Shown one piece after another: positions 1-8,596 of a DNA stretch of 64,000 nucleotides (position 1 is its first letter; every line of letters starts with the position of its first letter). The stretch lies in contig CAXNJM010000001.1 in NCBI GenBank assembly GCA_964202895.1, forward strand, positions 176,673-240,672, in the 5' to 3' direction. The notes under the pieces were generated by a model that worked only from the letters and a program-made list of their open reading frames with translations, was not told where the DNA came from and ran no database searches. A program made the position numbers and the translations under genes. The stretch is from Rickettsiales bacterium UBA1997 (GTDB lineage: Bacteria; Pseudomonadota; Alphaproteobacteria; Rickettsiales; UBA1997).

Positions 1-203
1 ATATTGCTCTTTCAGGAAATGCTGGCATCAATATTGTTTCCGCCCCAATTGCTGAAGCTCTAATCGCAACTGCAATAGGCCTATTTTCTGCAATTCCTGC
101 AGTTCTAGCTTATAATAGCTTTGTCCGTTTTAATCGTTTATTGATTCAAAATCTACGACATATTGCTGAACAACTTACTATCTATAATCGCCCACAAATA
201 TAA
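1..203 (+). CDS. exbB: MotA/TolQ/ExbB-family proton channel, C-terminal part (5' end outside window)
   Basis: Frame 3 is open from the window edge to TAA at 201-203. It reads ...SGNAGINIVSAPIAEALIATAIGLFSAIPAVLAYNSFVRFNRLL..., the conserved last TM helix of ExbB/TolQ. The exbD/tolR-like gene starts 10 nt later. Confidence 0.7.
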   Translation, partial: IALSGNAGINIVSAPIAEALIATAIGLFSAIPAVLAYNSFVRFNRLLIQNLRHIAEQLTIYNRPQI

Positions 204-212
204 TATTTAATC

Positions 213-617
213 ATGCATAATAATTTTGAACGAGAAGATTTTCAAGCTCCGCTTGCAGAAATTAATATGACTCCTTTAGTTGATGTAATGTTGGTTTTGT
301 TGGTTATATTATTAATTACCGCTCCCATTCTCAATAATTCATTAAACATTAATTTGCCCAATGAAAAGGGTTTTGCAGAAGATAATAAAAATCATTTATC
401 TCTAGCAATTGACAAAGCTGGTGTTTATTATTTTAATGATAAGCCTGCGACAATTGATATTATAAAATCGCAATTACAAGCAAATGCCGTTAATAATAAA
501 GATAGCTCTATTGATTTACAAATCGATAAAGAAGCTGAGTTCTCTAAGGTTGCCTCGGTCTTATCATTGTTGCAAGAATTGCAAATGAACAATGTTTCTT
601 TTATTACTAATCGCTAA
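213..617 (+). CDS. exbD: Biopolymer transport protein ExbD/TolR
   Basis: 134 aa with the N-terminal 'INMTPLVDVMLVLLVILLITAP' TM motif typical of ExbD/TolR. Adjacent to the ExbB-like gene, with a TonB-dependent receptor nearby. Confidence 0.8.
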   Translation: MHNNFEREDFQAPLAEINMTPLVDVMLVLLVILLITAPILNNSLNINLPNEKGFAEDNKNHLSLAIDKAGVYYFNDKPATIDIIKSQLQANAVNNKDSSIDLQIDKEAEFSKVASVLSLLQELQMNNVSFITNR

Positions 618-632
618 ATTCACCTTAATTTT

Positions 633-1733
633 ATGTCTGAAAACTTTAAATTATCGCCAATATCTGAAATTATTGAAGATGCAAAAAATGGCAAAATGTT
701 TATTTTGGTTGATGATGAAAATCGTGAAAATGAAGGAGATCTAATAATTCCTGCTTCTGCTTGCAGTCATCAAGAAGTTAATTTTATGGCAATAAATGGT
801 AGAGGGCTTATTTGTCTTGCTCTAACTCAAGAAAGAGTAAAAAAGCTTGGTTTAAGCTTAATGTCCGCTAATAATCAATCAAAAAATAAAACAGCTTTTA
901 CTTTATCGATTGAAGCAAAAAATGGCATTACAACAGGAATATCGGCTTTTGATAGAGCAAAAACTATTGCTGATGCGATAGATGAAAATAAAAGTAGTTT
1001 TGATATAGTTTCTCCGGGGCATATTTTCCCACTACAGGCTGAGGATGGTGGAGTTTTAGTCAGGGCTGGTCATACAGAGGCGGCAGTTGATATTGCTAAG
1101 CTTGCTGGTCTTAACCCTTCAGGGGTTATTTGTGAAATCATGAATGACGATGGCACAATGGCAAGAATGCCTAATTTAATTAAATTTGCAAAATTACATA
1201 ATCTTAAAATTGCTACCATTGCAGATTTAATCGAATATAGACGAAGAAATGAAAAATTAATAAATTTGATTAGTGAAAGAAATCTAGTAACCAAGGAATA
1301 TGGTGAATTCAATATGCGAATTTACCGAAGCCTAATTGACAATATTGAACATATAGCCTTAGTTAAAGGTAATTTAAGAGACCTAAACAACAGTGAAGAA
1401 TCAATATTTGTAAGAATGCATCACCTTAATATTATCAATGATTGCCTTACTAATTTAAACAATCCTAAAAGCGGATTGTTGAATCTCGCTTTACAAAAAA
1501 TTCACAAAAATAATAGTGGAGTTATTGTTATTATTAGACAGCCAAGCGAATCAATAGTCAACCTACTTGATAATAATGATAACTTGCAACAACTTAGAAA
1601 TTATGGAATTGGTGCGCAGATATTAAATGATCTAAATATTACAAAAATGACCTTACTAACCAATTCTCCAAAATCAGTAATCGGCTTCGATGGCTATAAA
1701 ATCAAGATATCTGGATATCAAAAATTAAAATAA
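633..1733 (+). CDS. ribBA: 3,4-dihydroxy-2-butanone-4-phosphate synthase fused to a GTP-cyclohydrolase-II-like domain (RibBA-type)
   Basis: The N-terminal half has the DHBP synthase motifs 'GKMFILVDDENRENEGDLIIPA' and 'RAGHTEAAVD'. The C-terminal half aligns with RibA but lacks the Cys zinc ligands (see findings). Confidence 0.85.
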   Translation: MSENFKLSPISEIIEDAKNGKMFILVDDENRENEGDLIIPASACSHQEVNFMAINGRGLICLALTQERVKKLGLSLMSANNQSKNKTAFTLSIEAKNGITTGISAFDRAKTIADAIDENKSSFDIVSPGHIFPLQAEDGGVLVRAGHTEAAVDIAKLAGLNPSGVICEIMNDDGTMARMPNLIKFAKLHNLKIATIADLIEYRRRNEKLINLISERNLVTKEYGEFNMRIYRSLIDNIEHIALVKGNLRDLNNSEESIFVRMHHLNIINDCLTNLNNPKSGLLNLALQKIHKNNSGVIVIIRQPSESIVNLLDNNDNLQQLRNYGIGAQILNDLNITKMTLLTNSPKSVIGFDGYKIKISGYQKLK

Positions 1734-1773
1734 ATTCACTAATTAAAAATAGTAATCTTAATTAAAGACGGCA

Positions 1774-3951
1774 ATGAATCGTAAGAAAAATAACAAAAAA
1801 TCTTTTAGCAATATTGCTTTAATGGCAGAAATATGCTTTGCTTCTTCGCTCTTATCGGGAGAATTAATCGCCTCAAACGATAAAAGTAACAACTCTAAGG
1901 AGTTATCAACCGTTACTGTAACTGCATCGCAGAAAAATAATTCTTTTATTGTCAATGATTCTAAATTATTTCAATTTCGTAAACCTCTACTTGAAACTCC
2001 GCAATCTATCAATGTAATTTCAAGGCAATTATTAGATGATCAAAATGCAACCAACATGAAAGATAGTCTTAAAAATGTTGCAGGCATTAGTGCTACAGCA
2101 GGAGAGGGCAGTTCACAAGGTGATAATTTGACGATTAGAGGCTTTTCCGCTAGAAATGATTTCTTTATTGATGGCATTAGAGATTTTGGTAGCTATTATC
2201 GAGATCCTTTCAATCTTGAAAATATTGAAGTTATTCAAGGTCCTTCTTCGATTGCCTTTGGCAGAGGTTCCGCTGGTGGAGTTATAGAGCAAAATAGCAA
2301 AGAAGCGGTTCTTGACGATAAAAACAAAGTTAGTTTTGTTGGTGCGACTAATCAAACTTATCGCTCTACACTTGATATAAATAAAAAAATAACATCAATA
2401 AGTGGCTCTGCATTCCGTCTTAATATGATGGCACATCAAAATTCATTTACGAGAAGAAATGAAGTTAAGAATCAAAGATATGGCATCGCACCTACTATTG
2501 GCTTTGGTCTTGATTCGGATTTTCGTTTAACGGTTAGTCATTTATTTCAAAAAGAGAATGATGTCCCTGACTATGGAATTCCTTGGTTTGGTGCTAGGCC
2601 ATCAAATATCAGTCAAAGTAATTATTACGGCTTTAAAGATGATTATCTAAAAACCAGTGTTAACATTACTACTGCTAAAATCGAATATGATATTAGCGAC
2701 ATTGTTAATATCAAAAATCAAACTCGTTATGGCCGTTATATCCGAGATACTAGAGCTACTTACCCTTCTATATCAAGCTCTGTAGGCTTAACAACCCCTC
2801 TTAACAATATAAATGTAAGTCGCAACATAATTGCAGTAAATAGCATTGAAACAATCGCCGCCAATCAATTAGATATTGCTTCAAAATTTAAAATTAAAGG
2901 CATAGATAATCAGCTAATTTCTGGAATCTTGATTTCAAGAGAATCTTCTACCCCTACTCGTTACGACTACAGCAATGTTGCTACGACGAGCTTGACTAAC
3001 CCCAATAATAATGATATTTTTTCAGGAAATCGTTCAACTCGCTTCTCGCTCAAAGCAAATATTGATACTGTTTCGTTATATGCTATTGATGTTATGGAGT
3101 TAAGTAAAAAGCTTAATTTTACAACCGCTATTCGCTTTGATAATTTAAAATCAACTCAAAATCAGTCAATTCCAACCTCACAAAAACTTTCTAGAACCGA
3201 TAATGCAATTAATTATAACTTTGCATTGCTTTATAAATTAAACGAAAATTCTAGTTATTATTTTAATTACGGAACTTCTTTTAATCCCGCTTCAGATCAA
3301 ATAGCTTTAACAGATAGTAGTTCAGTTAGCTTAGTCAATAGTGCGGTGGAAAAAAATAAGATTTATGAAATTGGCGGTAAATGGTCTTGGTTAAAGAAAA
3401 GTCTAAATAGTGCGGTTTCAATGTTTCGTATCGAAAAATATAATGCAAGAGAGAAAAATAGTAGCAATCTGTATGTAGTGGTTGGAGAGCAAAGAGTTGA
3501 TGGAATTCAAGCTCAAATTACCGGCAATATTACCAATAAATTAAAAATTAACACTAGTTATAGTTTGTTAAACAGTAAGGTCGTTAAGTCTTTTGATAGC
3601 ACAAGGTTAGGGCATCAATTAGTTAATGTGCCGTTACATAGTTTTAATGTTTTTAGCAACTATCAAGTGAGCAAAACTATTGAAATTGGGGGCGGTTTTA
3701 ATGCCTTAGCAAAAAGATATGCAAGCACTTCAAATGATACGAATGCTGGTGTTCCAAGAAGTGCATCTGGTTATTTAGTGGCTAATTTTATGGCTAAATA
3801 TACCCCTCCTGCTAAATTAATCGAAGGACTAGAAGTGCAGTTTAATATCGATAACTTATTCAACAAAAAATTTAGTGATCAAATTTATTCTTCTTATGTT
3901 GTTCCTGCGCAGGGTAGAGTAGCGACAATAACTATTAACACTAAATTTTAG
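1774..3951 (+). CDS. TonB-dependent outer-membrane (siderophore-type) receptor
   Basis: 725 aa with a signal peptide. The plug region reads 'ETPQSINVISRQLLDDQ...LKNVAGIS...LTIRGF...DGIRD...IEVIQGPSSIAFGRGSAGGVI', followed by a long beta-barrel and a C-terminal aromatic residue (...INTKF). Confidence 0.85.
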   Translation: MNRKKNNKKSFSNIALMAEICFASSLLSGELIASNDKSNNSKELSTVTVTASQKNNSFIVNDSKLFQFRKPLLETPQSINVISRQLLDDQNATNMKDSLKNVAGISATAGEGSSQGDNLTIRGFSARNDFFIDGIRDFGSYYRDPFNLENIEVIQGPSSIAFGRGSAGGVIEQNSKEAVLDDKNKVSFVGATNQTYRSTLDINKKITSISGSAFRLNMMAHQNSFTRRNEVKNQRYGIAPTIGFGLDSDFRLTVSHLFQKENDVPDYGIPWFGARPSNISQSNYYGFKDDYLKTSVNITTAKIEYDISDIVNIKNQTRYGRYIRDTRATYPSISSSVGLTTPLNNINVSRNIIAVNSIETIAANQLDIASKFKIKGIDNQLISGILISRESSTPTRYDYSNVATTSLTNPNNNDIFSGNRSTRFSLKANIDTVSLYAIDVMELSKKLNFTTAIRFDNLKSTQNQSIPTSQKLSRTDNAINYNFALLYKLNENSSYYFNYGTSFNPASDQIALTDSSSVSLVNSAVEKNKIYEIGGKWSWLKKSLNSAVSMFRIEKYNAREKNSSNLYVVVGEQRVDGIQAQITGNITNKLKINTSYSLLNSKVVKSFDSTRLGHQLVNVPLHSFNVFSNYQVSKTIEIGGGFNALAKRYASTSNDTNAGVPRSASGYLVANFMAKYTPPAKLIEGLEVQFNIDNLFNKKFSDQIYSSYVVPAQGRVATITINTKF

Positions 3952-3952
3952 C

Positions 3953-4660
3953 ATGATTATTACCATCAAGCAATTATTAAGTCAGCAACAATTAACAAAA
4001 TTTAATCAAATTCTTGAGGGTTCTAATTGGTTAAATGGAAAAGCGACAGCTGGTCATCAGGCATTAAAAGTTAAAAATAATCAACAATTATTACCAGACA
4101 ACCCTGTTATTAAATCTTTAAGCGATGAAATAATATCATCTCTTGAAGCTAATGATATTTTTATTTCCGCAACATTGCCAGCTAGAATTTTCCCTCCTGC
4201 TTTTAATCGTTACAATCAAGGAAACTCTTACGGAGCCCATATTGACAATGCTCTTCGCAGTTTTAATAATGCCAACAACTCTTCTAAAAATTGGTTTCGT
4301 AGCGACATTTCGGCAACATTATTTTTAAGCGATCCGGCTAGCTATGAAGGGGGTGAGTTAGTTATTAAGCACGATTTAGGGGTTCAGCAAATTAAACTCA
4401 ATGCGGGCGATATAATTATTTATCCAGCCAATACTATTCATCAGGTAAATGAAGTTAAATCTGGCACGAGGCTAGCCTCTTTTTTTTGGATAGAGTCAAT
4501 GATTAAAAGCACTGAGGAGAGATCTATTTTATTCAATATAGACAATAATATCAGAAATATTTCGCAAAAATTTAGAGAAAAAAATATTTCCGATAATCAA
4601 AATATTGTTGAATTAACTGGTATTTATCATAATTTATTAAGAAAATGGGCAGAAATGTAG
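3953..4660 (+). CDS. piuC: Fe(II)/2-oxoglutarate-dependent oxygenase, PiuC/YbiX family
   Basis: Collinear with E. coli YbiX as I recall it: 'VKNNQQ', 'FNRYNQGNSYGAHIDNA', 'SATLFLSDPASYEGGELV', 'LFNIDNNI', 'YHNLLRKWAEM'. Confidence 0.85.
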   Translation: MIITIKQLLSQQQLTKFNQILEGSNWLNGKATAGHQALKVKNNQQLLPDNPVIKSLSDEIISSLEANDIFISATLPARIFPPAFNRYNQGNSYGAHIDNALRSFNNANNSSKNWFRSDISATLFLSDPASYEGGELVIKHDLGVQQIKLNAGDIIIYPANTIHQVNEVKSGTRLASFFWIESMIKSTEERSILFNIDNNIRNISQKFREKNISDNQNIVELTGIYHNLLRKWAEM

Positions 4661-4661
4661 C

Positions 4662-6629
4662 CTATTTTTTATTTAATGATTGCCAAATAAACTCAGAAGT
4701 GAAAGGTAGCATTGGTGCTACTGCTTCACAAATATTAATTAATACTGTATAAAGAACATTATAAGCATTTTGTTTGTCATTATCTATATTTCCTTCTTTT
4801 ATCGACCTCCAAAAGCGATGACGATTTCTTCTTATGTACCAATTATTTAATATTTCAAAAAATCCAATAAATTGATGAGATGCCTCGATTGTATTATATT
4901 TAGCAAGATTTTCATCGATTGTTTTTATCGCAACTTTCATTTTTGCTAAAATATATTTATCAAGAGGGTTTTCAAGATTGAGGCTGTTATATAAGCGATT
5001 TGCTTTTATTTTGTCTGCATTGGCATAAAGACAAAAGAAATTAAAGCTATTGATAAGTGGTTTTATTGCTAAGCGAAACATTTCTTTGACTACTTTGCCA
5101 TCTTTATCAATTCTTAATTCTTGACCCTGCATCACTGGTTGAGATATCAAATAAAATCTCATAGCATCGCTACCAATAGTTGAAAAAATTTCAAGAGGAT
5201 CTGTATAATTTCTTAATCTTTTTGATAATTTTTGCGATTTTTCATCAAGAATTGTTCCGTGACAAATTACATTTTTGAAAGGTGCTTTATCAAATAGAGC
5301 TGTAGACAAAACCATTAAGGTGTAGAACCAACCGCGGGTTTGAGCTAAATATTCAGTGATAAAATCTGCTGGAAAGTTTTTTTCAAATTTTTCTTTATTT
5401 TCAAATGGGTAATGCATTTGTGCAAAAGGCATAGAGCCACTTTCAAACCAGCAATCAAGGACATCGGTAACTCTTATCATTTTTGAACAATCTTGATGTT
5501 CAGGGTGATTAATGTCAGAACGAGGATCGCTTGGATTCAAACGGGAAAGATTGTCGATATAAGGGCGATGAAGATTGTCAATTTTTATACCAAAATCATT
5601 CTCTATTTCTGTGAGACTTCCGTAGACATCGAGTCTTGGATATTTTTTATCAGTGCTTTTCCATACTGGAACTGGACAACCCCAGAAGCGATTTCTAGTA
5701 ATAGACCAATCTCTTGCATTTTCAAGCCATTTACCAAATTGACCTTCTTGCAAATGATTGGGAATCCAGTTTATTCCAGATTCTAATTGAGATAACCAAT
5801 CGGTTTTACTTAGTTCGTAATAACAAGAAGTATATTTTTTATTTAAACTTGCTTTTGGGTAGCCGTTATCTTCTGTTTTGATTAATTTAAAACCGCATTT
5901 ATCAAGCACTTTTTGTGAAGCGATGTTATCAATTACGGTGCAGGCACATATTTCAGTTATTGGCAAATGTTCAAAACAATATCTTGTAAGACTTTTAGTG
6001 ATTTCAGTGGCATAGCCTTTATTCCATGCTGATTTTACAAGTTGATAAGATATCTCTACCTTTCCTTCTTGAAAATTTTCATAACGAGGATGATAAAAAC
6101 AAATTCCTGCTGTGCCAATAAATTCTAGGGTTTTTTTATCTAAAAGAATAAATCTTGGTAAGTTATGTTGTTTAAAATATTCTTGCCAATAAAGTATGTT
6201 TGCAATAGAAGATTCTCTGCTCATGATTGGCTCATCGGAGAAATAGTAGTATTTTCTAACTTCTGGATCGCTATACATTGATGCCAATTCTTCTAAATAT
6301 TCAATTGACATTGGCTTTGCAATTAATCTTTTTGTTTCAAGAGAAACTATCTTTTTTATTGATGTATTATTTTTGTTTGAATCTTCAAAATCAGTCTTAA
6401 GAAAGGTTTTTCCATTATTTAGTTCGACCATTCTTTCTTTGATATTGCTAACTTTAACATACCAAGAGCTAACCGCTTTATAAATTAATGGTGTATCCGT
6501 TCTCCAACAATGAGGATAATTATGAAGATATTGTTCGGTTTTTAGCCAAGAGCCATTAGATTTAAGATACTTTATGATGTCGTCATTTGTTTCAAAAACT
6601 TGACGATTATTCAATGAAATTATTGCCAT
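4662..6629 (-). CDS. Chimeric protein: internal fragment of an isoleucyl-tRNA synthetase (second half of catalytic core, KMSKS loop, start of anticodon-binding domain) with an inserted RimJ/RimL-type GNAT acetyltransferase domain
   Basis: IleRS motifs: 'YPHCWRTDTPLIY', 'INWIP...ARDWSITRNRFWGCPVPVW', 'DCWFESGSMPF', 'QTRGWFYT', 'KLSKRLRNY'. There is no HIGH region or editing domain. Residues ~72-285 carry the GNAT pattern ('LETKRLIAKPMSIEYLEELASMYSDPEVRKYY', 'AWNKGYATE', 'NIASQKVLDKCGF'). Confidence 0.8.
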   Translation of the reverse strand: MAIISLNNRQVFETNDDIIKYLKSNGSWLKTEQYLHNYPHCWRTDTPLIYKAVSSWYVKVSNIKERMVELNNGKTFLKTDFEDSNKNNTSIKKIVSLETKRLIAKPMSIEYLEELASMYSDPEVRKYYYFSDEPIMSRESSIANILYWQEYFKQHNLPRFILLDKKTLEFIGTAGICFYHPRYENFQEGKVEISYQLVKSAWNKGYATEITKSLTRYCFEHLPITEICACTVIDNIASQKVLDKCGFKLIKTEDNGYPKASLNKKYTSCYYELSKTDWLSQLESGINWIPNHLQEGQFGKWLENARDWSITRNRFWGCPVPVWKSTDKKYPRLDVYGSLTEIENDFGIKIDNLHRPYIDNLSRLNPSDPRSDINHPEHQDCSKMIRVTDVLDCWFESGSMPFAQMHYPFENKEKFEKNFPADFITEYLAQTRGWFYTLMVLSTALFDKAPFKNVICHGTILDEKSQKLSKRLRNYTDPLEIFSTIGSDAMRFYLISQPVMQGQELRIDKDGKVVKEMFRLAIKPLINSFNFFCLYANADKIKANRLYNSLNLENPLDKYILAKMKVAIKTIDENLAKYNTIEASHQFIGFFEILNNWYIRRNRHRFWRSIKEGNIDNDKQNAYNVLYTVLINICEAVAPMLPFTSEFIWQSLNKK

Positions 6630-6658
6630 TATTAATTAAGGTTATTTTATCTTTAAAA

Positions 6659-7990
6659 TTATGATTTTATATAGATATCTTTGCTTATAAAATTTTTTAA
6701 TATTTTTTTGAAAGATAATAAAATATCAGAAGCTGCTTCGCATATTCTTGCATCAAAACTCAAATGTTTAACTGCCCAATCCTTAACCCAAGGCCTAGCT
6801 ATGTTCCACATATTAAGTTTTGGATCAAGCATTACTCCAACGCCTTCGACCAGCATTAAAGTTTTTTGTAATAATAATAGGTTTGGCTTGGTGTCCATTT
6901 GATATTCTCGAGTTAAATCTATTAAAGCAGAAATTAACTTAGAAAGAGATAGTTCTTCAACTGATACATCAACAATAGTTTCGCCAATTTTACGACATGA
7001 TATTGCGAGGCTATCAAGATTTACATTTTCTTTTACTAGACCAGCTTCAATGTGTAGTTTGGCAACATTTTCATAATCGCGATTAACGAAACCAAGTAAT
7101 ATTTGAGCGATTGCAAGGCGAGTTTTTTTATCTATAATACCCATAATTCCAAAATCAACTACTGCGATATCGCTATTTTTCATGAGGAACAAATTACCAG
7201 GATGCATATCTCCATGAAAAAAACCATTAATATAAACTTGATTAAAATAGCTAATCACTAAATTCTTGGCAACTTGTGGGCGATCGAAAGCGATTGTGTT
7301 TAGTTTTTCTTGGTCTGACAAAGCTATTCCGTCTATCCATTCAATAACTAGAATATTTTTACTAGAGAATTTCCAAAAAATCTTTGGGACATAAAACCCT
7401 GAGATATTTTTTAAATCTTCCTTTAATTTAGAGCCATTGGCAGCTTCTTTTAATAGGTCTAATTCTGAGATGCTTGTTTCGACCAACAAATTAGATATTT
7501 CTAGTAAAAATTTAGCAAGAAATTTATCAAAGATTTTTATAATTTTTGCTAAAATTTTTATAGTTTCTATGTCTCTATTGATTACCTTAGATATATTTGG
7601 TCGTAATATTTTTACCGCTACTAATTCTTTGTTGTGAAGCATTGCACGATGAACTTGAGCTATAGAAGCTGATGCAATTGGATTAAATTCAAAATCAAGA
7701 AAGATTTGATGAAATGTTTGTGAAAATTCTTTTTCTAATGCTTTTTTTACTTTATTTTTTGAGAAAGGAGGCAGTTTGTCTTGAAATTTAGCAAGTGTTT
7801 TAGATAAATTATTTCCAATTAAATCTGGTCTTGTGGCAAGGGTTTGTCCTAATTTTATAAATGAAGGACCGGCCGAGTATAAGAAGAAGAAAATGGATTT
7901 ATTTCTTAGGAACGGATAAAGAAAGATTGCGATAATGGCAAGCACCATCAATCTAATAATATTGAAAATACTTGAAATTGGTGTTGCCAT
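6659..7990 (-). CDS. ubiB: UbiB/ABC1-family atypical kinase (ubiquinone biosynthesis)
   Basis: 'GPSFIKLGQTLATRPDLIG', 'ASIAQVHRA', 'VAVKILRP', 'HGDMHPGNLF', 'VDFGIMG'. Confidence 0.85.
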   Translation of the reverse strand: MATPISSIFNIIRLMVLAIIAIFLYPFLRNKSIFFFLYSAGPSFIKLGQTLATRPDLIGNNLSKTLAKFQDKLPPFSKNKVKKALEKEFSQTFHQIFLDFEFNPIASASIAQVHRAMLHNKELVAVKILRPNISKVINRDIETIKILAKIIKIFDKFLAKFLLEISNLLVETSISELDLLKEAANGSKLKEDLKNISGFYVPKIFWKFSSKNILVIEWIDGIALSDQEKLNTIAFDRPQVAKNLVISYFNQVYINGFFHGDMHPGNLFLMKNSDIAVVDFGIMGIIDKKTRLAIAQILLGFVNRDYENVAKLHIEAGLVKENVNLDSLAISCRKIGETIVDVSVEELSLSKLISALIDLTREYQMDTKPNLLLLQKTLMLVEGVGVMLDPKLNMWNIARPWVKDWAVKHLSFDARICEAASDILLSFKKILKNFISKDIYIKS

Positions 7991-7997
7991 TATTTTA

Positions 7998-8396
7998 TTA
8001 ATATTTTTGGGCTTCTGTTGCTGGATTTTGTTGAGAAACTCCTGTTGCTCCAGTATTTGGAATTTGATTACCGTCTACAACTGGTTCAGCTGTAAATGCA
8101 GGCTGGGTATTGTGATTCATATCAACCAACTTAGAGGTGTCTATTTCAGTGCCAGTCCAGCTAACTAAATTATTGAGTAATTGGCCTATAATATGAATTA
8201 AGTTATTTGTTACTTCTTGGAATCTTGAAAAGATAACTCTCAATGCATTGGCAGCATCAGGTGAAAGGTTTAGTATTTTTACTATATCGTCAATGGTTAT
8301 AATGCCAACCATTAGCATGACAAAAGCAACTGAAAAAACACCGGAAGCCATTAATATTACTGTTCTTAGTGCTAAAATATGGAGAATTGATATCAT
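7998..8396 (-). CDS. Hypothetical small membrane protein, probably co-transcribed with ubiB
   Basis: 132 aa. One long N-terminal hydrophobic segment and a polar Q/N/T-rich tail. Only 7 nt from the ubiB start. No motif recognised. Confidence 0.45.
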   Translation of the reverse strand: MISILHILALRTVILMASGVFSVAFVMLMVGIITIDDIVKILNLSPDAANALRVIFSRFQEVTNNLIHIIGQLLNNLVSWTGTEIDTSKLVDMNHNTQPAFTAEPVVDGNQIPNTGATGVSQQNPATEAQKY

Positions 8397-8596
8397 AAGA
8401 ATTTGTGTGAATTATAAATTTATATTAGTATGAATCAAGATATATCTAGATTAAGAAATCAAGAAATCGAGAATTCGAGCAATTATTTTGTAAATAAGAA
8501 AATAAAAAGCAATATTTTTTTAAATAATTATTTCATTTTAAAAAAAATAACTATTATTTAGTTCGAAATAAATTTAATAACTACAATTAAAATAAA

